DNA of 32,948 nt. Origin: Kofleriaceae bacterium. Lineage in GTDB: Bacteria; Myxococcota_A; Polyangia; Haliangiales; Haliangiaceae. Under the pieces are notes generated by a model. That model saw only the letters and a program-made list of their open reading frames with translations. It was not told the origin of the DNA and made no database searches. Of this stretch, positions 22,013 through 30,389 are shown one piece after another. A program made the position numbers and the translations under genes. The stretch is from contig JBKJLC010000121.1 in NCBI GenBank assembly GCA_046597055.1, positions 1 to 32,948 on the forward strand. The letters are read 5' to 3'. Numbering within the stretch: position 1 is the first letter of the stretch; each line of letters opens with the position of its first letter.

Positions 22013-22041
22013 AGTATAAGCGTGGGACCGGGGCGTGCCAT
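22013..22041 (-). promoter_or_regulatory. Sigma70-type promoter for the S41 protease (probably leaderless)
   Basis: ATGGCA-N17-TATACT-N7-ATG on the minus strand. Confidence 0.6.
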
Positions 22042-22092
22042 TCCGTGTTCGTGCTCTCGGCGCCGAACGCCGCGTGTAGTATGGTGACCGCC

Positions 22093-23298
<1,206 letters not shown>

Positions 23299-23300
23299 TC

Positions 23301-24182
23301 GTGGCAGGCACGCTCTACGTGGTCGCGACGCCGATCGGCAACCTCGAGGATCTGTCGCCCCGGGCGGCCCGGGTGCTGCGCGACGCCGCGATCATCGCGG
23401 CCGAGGACACCCGGTCGGTGCAGGTGCTGCTCGAGCGCGCCGACCCCGGCGGCACCCGCCGCGGCGAGCGCCGGATCGTCAGCGTGTTCGAGGGCAACGA
23501 GGCCGCGCGGGCCGCGTCGCTGGTCGGCGAGCTCGCGGCCGGGCGTGACGTCGCGCTGGTGAGCGAGGCCGGCACTCCGGGGGTGTCCGATCCCGGCGAG
23601 CGGGTCGTGCGCGCCGCGATCGCGGCCGGCATCGCGGTGGTGGTGGTGCCCGGGCCGGTCGCGGCGGTCGCCGCGCTGGTCGCCAGCGGGCTGCCGACCC
23701 AGCCGTTCCTGTTCGTCGGCTTCCCGCCGCGCGAGGCCGGCGCGCGCGCCGAGCTGGCCGGCAAGCTGCGGGCGACCGATGCCACCATGATCTTCTACGA
23801 GGCGCCCGACCGGGTGGCGGCGACCCTGGCGACCTTCGCCGCGGCGTTCGGCGACGACCGGGCCGCGAGCGTCTCGCGCGAGCTGACCAAGCTGTACGAG
23901 GAGCACGTGCGGGGCACGCTGGGTGGGCTGCGCGACCGGTTCACCGAGGCTGCGCCGCGCGGCGAGTGCACGATCGTGGTCGCCGGCGCCCCCGAGGCCG
24001 GCGAGGTCCCCGACGCCGACGACGTCGAGGTGCTCGTGCGGGCGATGCTCGCCGACGGGCTGGGGCCCAAGGACATCGCGCAGCGGCTGGTCGTGAAGAC
24101 CGGCCGGCCCCGGCGCGAGCTGTACCAGCTGGCGCTGGCGCTCGCGCGCACCGTGGTCGACGTGCGCGAGGACGAGCCGTGA
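23301..24182 (+). CDS. rsmI: 16S rRNA (cytidine1402-2'-O)-methyltransferase
   Basis: [64 protein letters not shown]. Confidence 0.95.
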   Translation: MAGTLYVVATPIGNLEDLSPRAARVLRDAAIIAAEDTRSVQVLLERADPGGTRRGERRIVSVFEGNEAARAASLVGELAAGRDVALVSEAGTPGVSDPGERVVRAAIAAGIAVVVVPGPVAAVAALVASGLPTQPFLFVGFPPREAGARAELAGKLRATDATMIFYEAPDRVAATLATFAAAFGDDRAASVSRELTKLYEEHVRGTLGGLRDRFTEAAPRGECTIVVAGAPEAGEVPDADDVEVLVRAMLADGLGPKDIAQRLVVKTGRPRRELYQLALALARTVVDVREDEP

Positions 24183-25489
24183 CCGCGACCGCGCCGGTGT
24201 CGTGGCAGGGCGGGCTGCCCTGGTTCGACGTGCAGACGTTCGTCATGCCGTGCGGGCTCGAGGTGATGGTCCACGAGGACCACGCGGTGCCGCTGTGCGC
24301 GGTGTGGATGGGCTACCGGGTCGGCAGCTCCGACGAGGGCGACGGCACCAGCGGCTTCGCCCACCTGTTCGAGCACATGTTCAAGAACTCGCTCCACCTC
24401 GGGGGCCGCCACCACTACGAGGTGCTGCGCGAGGCCGGCGCCAGCGACGCCAACGCGTCGACCGGCACCGATCGCACCGTCTATCACGAGACGATGCCGC
24501 GCCAGGCGCTCGAGGTCGCGCTGTGGATCGAGTCGGATCGCCTCGGCTACTTCTTGCCGGGGCTGGATCCGGCCCGGCTCGAGAACCAGATCCGCGTCGT
24601 GCAGTCGGAGCGCCGCCAGCGCTACGAGAACGCGCCGTACGGGCCCGAGCGCTTCCGGGTCGCCGAGCACCTGTACCCCGAGGGCCACCCGCTGCGGTAC
24701 CTGACGATCGGGCGCCACGAGGACATCGCGGCGGCGACCCTCGCGAAGGTCGAGCAGTTCTACCGGACCTGGTACGTGCCGGCCAACGCGACCCTGGTCC
24801 TCGCCGGCGACGTCACCCTCGAGGAGGCGCACGAGCTGTGCGAGCGCTGGTTCGGCAGCTTCCCGGCGTCGGCGCGGCCGGCGCGGCGGGCGTGGCCGCA
24901 GCCCGAGATCGCCGGCCCGGTGCGCAGCGAGCTGGTCGATCCGCTGGCCGCGCTCGACCGGGTGCACCGCGCATGGCACGGCCCGGCCAGCCACACCGAC
25001 GCCGACGTCGCGCTCGACGTGCTCGCGCTGGCGCTGGCGACGCCGGGCACCGGCCGGCTGTGGCGGCGGCTGGTCTACGACGCGCCCCTGGCCCAGCGGG
25101 TGTCGGCCCACGTCTCCTCCGGCCGGCTCGGCGGCGAGGTCCATATCACCGTCGATGTCCGGACGGGCGTGTCGATCGACCAGGTCGTCACCATCCTCGA
25201 CGAGGAGCTGGCGGCGGTGCGCGAGGGTGGCGCGGCCGCGGTCGACGCGCGCTCGGTCGCTCGTGGCGTCGCGCGGCGCGAGGCGGCGCTGCTGTGGCGG
25301 CTCGACGGCGTCGGTCGGCGGGCGGCCCTCCTGTGCGGCGCCCAGCTGGCGACCGGCACGCCCCAGGGCGTCGCGGTCGAGCTCGAGCGCTACACGCGGC
25401 TCGACACCGCGGCGGTGGCCGCCGCGGCCGCGCGCTGGATGGCGCCCGAGCAGATGGTCGAGGTCGTGACCCGCGCCGGCCGGAAGTAG
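24179..25489 (+). CDS. M16 family (pitrilysin-like) zinc peptidase
   Basis: GTGA overlap with rsm[19 protein letters not shown] (HXXEH), [33 protein letters not shown]. Confidence 0.9.
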   Translation: MTATAPVSWQGGLPWFDVQTFVMPCGLEVMVHEDHAVPLCAVWMGYRVGSSDEGDGTSGFAHLFEHMFKNSLHLGGRHHYEVLREAGASDANASTGTDRTVYHETMPRQALEVALWIESDRLGYFLPGLDPARLENQIRVVQSERRQRYENAPYGPERFRVAEHLYPEGHPLRYLTIGRHEDIAAATLAKVEQFYRTWYVPANATLVLAGDVTLEEAHELCERWFGSFPASARPARRAWPQPEIAGPVRSELVDPLAALDRVHRAWHGPASHTDADVALDVLALALATPGTGRLWRRLVYDAPLAQRVSAHVSSGRLGGEVHITVDVRTGVSIDQVVTILDEELAAVREGGAAAVDARSVARGVARREAALLWRLDGVGRRAALLCGAQLATGTPQGVAVELERYTRLDTAAVAAAAARWMAPEQMVEVVTRAGRK

Positions 25490-25561
25490 GCACTGTCGTC
25501 ACCGCGCCCACGTTTCTTACGACTACCGGTCCGGGCGCCGGACCTCTATCCTCCGGCCCCC

Positions 25562-25696
25562 ATGACCAAGCGCGCGCTGAGCCTCGAGCCGAAGAACCTG
25601 GTCCCGCAGCCCACCGTGCGCGCGCTCGCGTCCGACAGCCTGGCCCGCGCCGCGGGCGACCGGGTGGTGACGGTGTCCACGCAGCTCGCGAAGTAG
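25562..25696 (+). CDS. 44-aa small ORF with double-glycine-leader-like sequence (not in ORF track)
   Basis: MTKRALSLEPKNLVPQPTVRALASDSLARAAGDRVVTVSTQLAK; all sense codons end in G/C; TATCCT 9 nt upstream of ATG. Confidence 0.55.
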   Translation: MTKRALSLEPKNLVPQPTVRALASDSLARAAGDRVVTVSTQLAK

Positions 25697-25728
25697 CGGC
25701 GCGCGCGCCGAGCGGCGCCGCTGGCGGG

Positions 25729-26658
25729 TCAGCTCGGCCGCACGTGCGACGCGAGCCGGGCCGCGAACCGACCGGCGATGTCGGTGCCGGCGCGGGCGTC
25801 GAAGCCGAGGAACATCGGCGACGGGTTGAGCTCCAGGAAGCGCAGGGTGCCGTGGGCGTCGCGCTTGATGTCGAGCCCGGTGAAGCGCAGGCCGATGACC
25901 TCGGCGGCGCGCACGCACTGCGCCTGGACCTCGGCCGGCAGCGTGATGGCCTCGCAGCCGTCTTCGTTCTGGCGGAAGTCGAGCGCCTTGGTGTCGATGC
26001 GGATCGCGGTGACGATCTCGCCGTCGAGCACGTAAACCCGGATGTCCTCGCCGGGGAGGAGCTCCTGGAAGGTGACCGGGGACGCGGCCAGGGTGTCGAG
26101 GCGCTCGTCGGTCAGATCGGCGGCGGTGAGCTCGCGGGTGGCGGCGCCGCCCGAGACCGGCTTGTAGGCGATGCGCCGGCCGTGCGCGAAGCGCCGGACC
26201 TCGGCCGGGTCGTTGGTCCAGCAGGTCGCCGGCACCGGCAGCCCGGCGGCCTGGAGCAGCCCGAGCTGGAACGGCTTGGTGACGCGGTGCTGGCCGGGGC
26301 TGTTGTAGAAGGGGACACCCGCCTCGTTCCAGCGATGGACCAGGCCCATGATCATGTCGGCGCGCTCGCGGTTGATCAGCGCGTTGCGACGCAGGTCGTC
26401 GGCGGTGACCGACGGGTCGGGCTCGGCGGTGATGATGCTCAGGCCGAGGTTGCGGACGTACACCGAGGCGGGGCGGAGCGCCGCGCCGTCGATCGAGATG
26501 GCGTCGAGCTGCTCACCGAGGGTGATGCGCAGCGAGCCAGGGAAAAGGGTCGCGTCGAGCGCGACGACCGGCGTCCCCATGGCCCGCAGGCGGTCCGCGA
26601 TCCCGGCGGCGTGAGCGTCCGCGGTGGGACCGATGATGACGACTGGGTGGGTGCTCAT
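25729..26658 (-). CDS. ATP-grasp graspetide synthetase (PsnB/MvdD/RimK-like omega-ester ligase)
   Basis: GGAG RBS then MSTHPVVIIG; KPFQLGLLQAAGLPVPATCWTNDP, YKPVSGG, FQELLPGEDIRVYV, DFR motif, FTGLDIK, FLELNPSPMF; 28 nt downstream of a precursor. Confidence 0.92.
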   Translation of the reverse strand: MSTHPVVIIGPTADAHAAGIADRLRAMGTPVVALDATLFPGSLRITLGEQLDAISIDGAALRPASVYVRNLGLSIITAEPDPSVTADDLRRNALINRERADMIMGLVHRWNEAGVPFYNSPGQHRVTKPFQLGLLQAAGLPVPATCWTNDPAEVRRFAHGRRIAYKPVSGGAATRELTAADLTDERLDTLAASPVTFQELLPGEDIRVYVLDGEIVTAIRIDTKALDFRQNEDGCEAITLPAEVQAQCVRAAEVIGLRFTGLDIKRDAHGTLRFLELNPSPMFLGFDARAGTDIAGRFAARLASHVRPS

Positions 26659-26686
26659 GGGGACTCCGGTCACGGCGAATCGTGGC

Positions 26687-26920
26687 TCAGCTCTCGGTGC
26701 CGCCGCCTTCTTCGCCGATCGCGAGGGTCGTGTACTCGCCGCCGCCCTCCTCGCCGAGGGCCTGGGTGGTGTAACCGCCGCCGCAGCCACCCTCTTCGCC
26801 GAGCGCGAGGGTGGTGAAGACGGGCTTCTTGTCGTTCTTGCCGCCGGTGACGAGGCCGAGGTCCTCGATGAAGAGCTTGCGGGTGGTGGTCGTGGAGGGG
26901 TGGGTGGTGGGCTTGCGCAT
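26687..26920 (-). CDS. Plesiocin-type graspetide precursor A1 (77 aa, 3 cores)
   Basis: MRKPTTHPSTTTTRKLFIEDLGLVTGG|KNDKKPVF TTLALGEE GGCGGGY TTQALGEE GGGEY TTLAIGEE GGGTES. Confidence 0.93.
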   Translation of the reverse strand: MRKPTTHPSTTTTRKLFIEDLGLVTGGKNDKKPVFTTLALGEEGGCGGGYTTQALGEEGGGEYTTLAIGEEGGGTES

Positions 26921-26932
26921 AGACGAACCGGC

Positions 26933-26951
26933 CAATACAGGATGCGTGCCA
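26933..26951 (-). promoter_or_regulatory. Sigma54-like promoter of precursor A1
   Basis: TGGCACG-CATC-CTGTATTG: exact -24 box, variant -12 box; repeated before precursor A2. Confidence 0.65.
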
Positions 26952-27107
26952 CCTGAGGCCCGTATCCCCTCGCGCGCTTGGCGCGTCCGGCGCGACGCAA
27001 CCTGCGCAGCGATGCGCGACCTGCGCACGGCTCGTGCGTCAGTTGCGCACCGACGAGCAGGTGGGTTCGGACCGGGAGCCAGGTCCTGGGACTGGCATTT
27101 CCCGCGG

Positions 27108-27341
27108 TCAGCGCTCTTCGCCGCTGTCCTCGCCGTAGGCCATGGTGGTGCCGCCGCCGTCCTCCTCGCCGATCGCCATGGTGGTCTCGTAGGACTCCTC
27201 GAGCAGCAGCCGCGTGGTCGTGCAGTCCTCCTCGCCGAGCGCGAGCGTCGTGTACCCCGAGCGAGCGCCGGTGACGGCACCGAGGTCCTCGATGAAGAGC
27301 GTGCGAGGGGCGTGGGTCGACAGCTTGTCGTTCTTGCGCAT
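27108..27341 (-). CDS. Plesiocin-type graspetide precursor A2 (77 aa, 4 cores)
   Basis: MRKNDKLSTHAPRTLFIEDLGAVTGA|RSGY TTLALGEE DCT TTRLLLEE SYE TTMAIGEE DGGG TTMAYGED SGEER. Confidence 0.93.
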   Translation of the reverse strand: MRKNDKLSTHAPRTLFIEDLGAVTGARSGYTTLALGEEDCTTTRLLLEESYETTMAIGEEDGGGTTMAYGEDSGEER

Positions 27342-27351
27342 GGTCGTTCCG

Positions 27352-27370
27352 CAATACAGACGACGTGCCA
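27352..27370 (-). promoter_or_regulatory. Sigma54-like promoter of precursor A2
   Basis: TGGCACG-TCGT-CTGTATTG, identical to the A1 element apart from the 4-nt spacer. Confidence 0.65.
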
Positions 27371-27466
27371 GCCGGGGGCGGTGCGATGTCGCGCGGTTGG
27401 CGTGGAGGCGTGCTGCGCGGTCGCGCACCGCGCTGCGCGACTGGTGCACCCGCATTGCCCGCTGGC

Positions 27467-27494
27467 TTGACATACCCCCGGGGGGTATTAGAGT
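27467..27494 (+). promoter_or_regulatory. cop operon promoter with CsoR operator
   Basis: TTGACA-N16-TAGAGT-N6-ATG; perfect dyad ATACCCCC-G-GGGGGTAT (27472-27488) fills the spacer, matching the C/G-tract operators of CsoR; csoR is in the operon. Confidence 0.88.
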
Positions 27495-27500
27495 CGGGTC

Positions 27501-27734
27501 ATGTCCCAGCCATTCGCGCTGTCCATCGAAGGCATGCACTGCGGTGCGTGCGTGCGCCGGGTGCGCGCCGCGCTCGACAAGATCCCGGGCGTGACGGTCG
27601 GCGAGGTCGCGATCGGCAAGGCGGCCGGCACGCTCGAGACCGCGTCGCTGGAGGCGGTGGCCGCGGCGGTCACCCAGGCCGGCTACCCCGCCACGCCCGC
27701 GCCGACGACCCACCGCGCGCCCGACGCGTCATGA
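27501..27734 (+). CDS. copZ: Heavy-metal-associated (HMA) copper chaperone
   Basis: LSIEGMHCGACVRRV..AVTQAGY; first gene after the CsoR operator. Confidence 0.88.
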   Translation: MSQPFALSIEGMHCGACVRRVRAALDKIPGVTVGEVAIGKAAGTLETASLEAVAAAVTQAGYPATPAPTTHRAPDAS

Positions 27735-30091
27735 CGGCGACCCCGGCCCACCCGGCCGCGCGCGGCACCCAGCTGACGCTGCCGGTCGGCGGCATGACCT
27801 GCGCGGCGTGCCAGGGCCACGTCGAGAAGGCGCTGCGCGGCCAGCCGGGCGTGGTCGACGCGGTGGTCAACCTGGTGACCCGGAGCGCGCGGGTCTCGCT
27901 CGCGCCCGATGCCCGCGCCGAGCAGCTGGCGCCGGCGCTGGTCGCGGCCGTCGAGGCGGCTGGTTATGACGCCGAGCTGCCTCGCGACGACGAGGATGTC
28001 GCCGCGGCTCAGCTCCGCGACGACGCGGCGCGCGCCCGCGAGGTCCGGGACCGGGCCTGGCGCGCGACGATCAGCCTGGCCGGCATGCTGGTGCTGATGT
28101 TCGCGGGCGCGCCGCTGATGGCCCACGCCGGCCACGCCGTCGGCGGCGACGTGCTGACCCGCGCGCTGGCCCGGCTGGTCGATGGGCCGGCCCACGCGCT
28201 GGCGCCATGGCTATGGTCGATCGATCCGCAGACGCTCGCGGCGACGCTGGTGGCGGCCGGCGCGGCGATCGCGGCGGTGGTGGCGTACCCGATCTGGTCG
28301 CGCGGCCTGCGCGCGTTCGTGCGGCGTCAGCCCGACATGAACGCGCTGGTGACGCTCGGCGCGGTGGCCGCGCTGGCGATGTCGGTGGCGACCGTGGTGG
28401 CGCCGGCCAGCGCGCACGCGGGTGGCGGGCTCTACGTCGAGGCGGTGCTCGGCATCTTCGGCTTCGTCCTGCTCGGCAACGCCCTCGAGGCCAGCGCGCG
28501 CCGGCGCACGACCAGCGCGCTGACCCGGCTGGCGTCGCTGGCGGCGCCGCGCGGCCGGGTCGAGACCGACGACGGCGAGCGCGAGCTGGCGGCGGCGCTG
28601 CTGCGCAAGGGCGACCTGCTGGTGATCCGCCCGGGCGAGCGGATCGCCGCCGACGCGATCATCGTCGACGGCGAGAGCGAGGTCGACGAGGCCCTGGTCA
28701 CCGGCGAATCGATGCCGGTGCACCGGCGTCCCGGCGATCCGCTGATCGGCGGCACATTGAACGGGACCGGTCGGCTGCGCGCGCGCATCGTGGCGGTCGG
28801 TGCCGGCTCGACCCTGGCCCGGCTGATGCGGCTCCTGCGCGACGCCCAGGGCGAGCGCGCGCCGATGCAGCGGCTGGCCGATCGGGTCAGCGCGGTGTTC
28901 GTCCCGGCGGCGCTGGTGCTGGCCACGCTGACGCTGCTCGGCTGGTGGGTCGGCACCGGCGACCTCGCCCGCGCCGGCGTCCACGCCGCCGCGGTGCTGG
29001 TGATCGCGTGTCCGTGCGCGATGGGACTCGCGGTCCCGACCGCCGTGATGGTCGCGACCGGCCGCGCGGCCCGGATGGGCGCGCTGGTGAAGGGCGGCGA
29101 CGTGCTCGAGCGCCTGGCGGCCGCCCGCGTGGTCGCCTTCGACAAGACCGGCACGCTCACCCGCGGCGAGCCGGAGGTGATCGCGATCGAGGTCGTGACC
29201 GGTGACCGCGACCAGCTCGTGCGGCTGGCCGCGGCGATCGAGGCCGGCAGCGAGCATCCGCTCGCGCGCGCGGTGCTGGCCGCGGCGCGCACGGCCGGTG
29301 TGACGGTGCCCCCGGCGACCGAGGTGGTCGCGCGCCTCGGCGCCGGGGTGGTCGGCCGGGTCGACGGGGTCGTGGTCGGCGTCGGCAGCCCGCGACTGGC
29401 GTCCGAGCTCGGCGCGGATCTGGCTGCGGCGACCGAGCTCGCCGACACGATCGCCGCGACCGGCGCGACGCCGGTGCTGGTGTTCGCCGGCGGTGTGCTG
29501 CAGGGCGGCCTGGCGCTCCGCGATGCGCTGCGGCCCGAGGCCCCGGCCGCGGTCGCCGCGTTGCGCCGGCTCGGGCTCGAGGTCGCGCTCATCACGGGCG
29601 ACCGGGCCGAGCCGGCCGCGCGGGTCGCCGCCGCGGTCGGCATCGCCGACGTCGCCGCCGGCATCGATCCGGCCGGCAAGGTCGCGCGGGTGCAAGCGCT
29701 GGCGGCGCGCGGCGTGATCATGGTCGGCGATGGCATCAACGATGCGCCGGCGCTGGCCGCGGCCACCGTCGGCGTCGCGATGGCGAGCGGCACCGATGTC
29801 GCCGCCGCCGCCGCGCACGTCGGTCTGCTCCGGCCCGACCTCGGCGTGGTGCCGGAGCTGGTCGCGCTGGCCCGGGTCGCGGTGCGCACGATGCGCCGCA
29901 ACCTCGGCTGGGCGCTCGGTTACAACGCGCTCACGATCCCGGTCGCCGCCGGCGCGCTCGAGCCGTGGGGCATCGCGGTGTCGCCGATGCTCGCGAGCGC
30001 GCTGATGGCGCTGTCGTCGGTGAGCGTGGTGGTGTCGAGCCTGTTCCTTGGCGGTGCCCGCCGGCCCGCTCCGCCGGGCGGTGGCTCGTGA
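27731..30091 (+). CDS. copA: Cu(I)-translocating P1B-1 type ATPase
   Basis: GMTCAAC, TGES, ACPCAMGLA, DKTGT, SEHPLA, GDGINDAPAL, YN and MALSS motifs; ATGA overlap with copZ. Confidence 0.95.
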   Translation: MTATPAHPAARGTQLTLPVGGMTCAACQGHVEKALRGQPGVVDAVVNLVTRSARVSLAPDARAEQLAPALVAAVEAAGYDAELPRDDEDVAAAQLRDDAARAREVRDRAWRATISLAGMLVLMFAGAPLMAHAGHAVGGDVLTRALARLVDGPAHALAPWLWSIDPQTLAATLVAAGAAIAAVVAYPIWSRGLRAFVRRQPDMNALVTLGAVAALAMSVATVVAPASAHAGGGLYVEAVLGIFGFVLLGNALEASARRRTTSALTRLASLAAPRGRVETDDGERELAAALLRKGDLLVIRPGERIAADAIIVDGESEVDEALVTGESMPVHRRPGDPLIGGTLNGTGRLRARIVAVGAGSTLARLMRLLRDAQGERAPMQRLADRVSAVFVPAALVLATLTLLGWWVGTGDLARAGVHAAAVLVIACPCAMGLAVPTAVMVATGRAARMGALVKGGDVLERLAAARVVAFDKTGTLTRGEPEVIAIEVVTGDRDQLVRLAAAIEAGSEHPLARAVLAAARTAGVTVPPATEVVARLGAGVVGRVDGVVVGVGSPRLASELGADLAAATELADTIAATGATPVLVFAGGVLQGGLALRDALRPEAPAAVAALRRLGLEVALITGDRAEPAARVAAAVGIADVAAGIDPAGKVARVQALAARGVIMVGDGINDAPALAAATVGVAMASGTDVAAAAAHVGLLRPDLGVVPELVALARVAVRTMRRNLGWALGYNALTIPVAAGALEPWGIAVSPMLASALMALSSVSVVVSSLFLGGARRPAPPGGGS

Positions 30092-30387
30092 AGCCGGCCG
30101 CTCCGCGCCGGCACGCGCACGGAGTCGAGCCGGCGACCAAGCAGAAGAACCTGGCGCGGCTGCGCCGCATCGAGGGCCAGGTGCGCGGCATCGCGCGCAT
30201 GGTCGAGGACGACCGCTACTGCATCGAGGTCCTCGATCAGGTGGCCGCGGTCGAGAAGGCGCTGCGCGCGGTCTCGGCCGAGCTGGTCAAGCACCACCTG
30301 CGCCACTGCGTCCGACACGCGCTCGCCACCGGCGGCGAGGCGGCCGAGGCCACCGTCGAAGAGCTGGTCGCGGTGCTCACCCGCTGA
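30088..30387 (+). CDS. csoR: Copper-sensing repressor CsoR/RcnR family
   Basis: RLRRIEGQVRGIARMVEDDRYCIEVLDQ..HHLRHC (Cys-His-Cys ligands); GTGA overlap with copA. Confidence 0.92.
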   Translation: MKPAAPRRHAHGVEPATKQKNLARLRRIEGQVRGIARMVEDDRYCIEVLDQVAAVEKALRAVSAELVKHHLRHCVRHALATGGEAAEATVEELVAVLTR

Positions 30388-30389
30388 GC

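Noticed and set aside
22034..22040. TGGCACG sigma54 -24 box upstream of the S41 protease
   Set aside because: No -12 element follows (GGTCC); the same bases fit a sigma70 -35 at 17 bp from TATACT
24179..25489. M16 peptidase as a dedicated member of the graspetide cluster
   Set aside because: Coupled to rsmI in a housekeeping operon on the opposite strand; kept only as a weak candidate
25697..25722. Two adjacent GC palindromes as a terminator
   Set aside because: No loop or U-tract, and expected by chance at this GC content
26690..27260. Spaced DNA repeats (ctcctcgccga..) as a possible CRISPR array
   Set aside because: They are the codons of the TTxxxxEE cores; too short, in frame, and no cas genes
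25729..27354. 541-aa ORF as a ligase with long N-terminal extension or precursor fusion
   Set aside because: The extension is an off-frame read across the two precursor genes; the ligase has its own GGAG RBS and ATG at 26658
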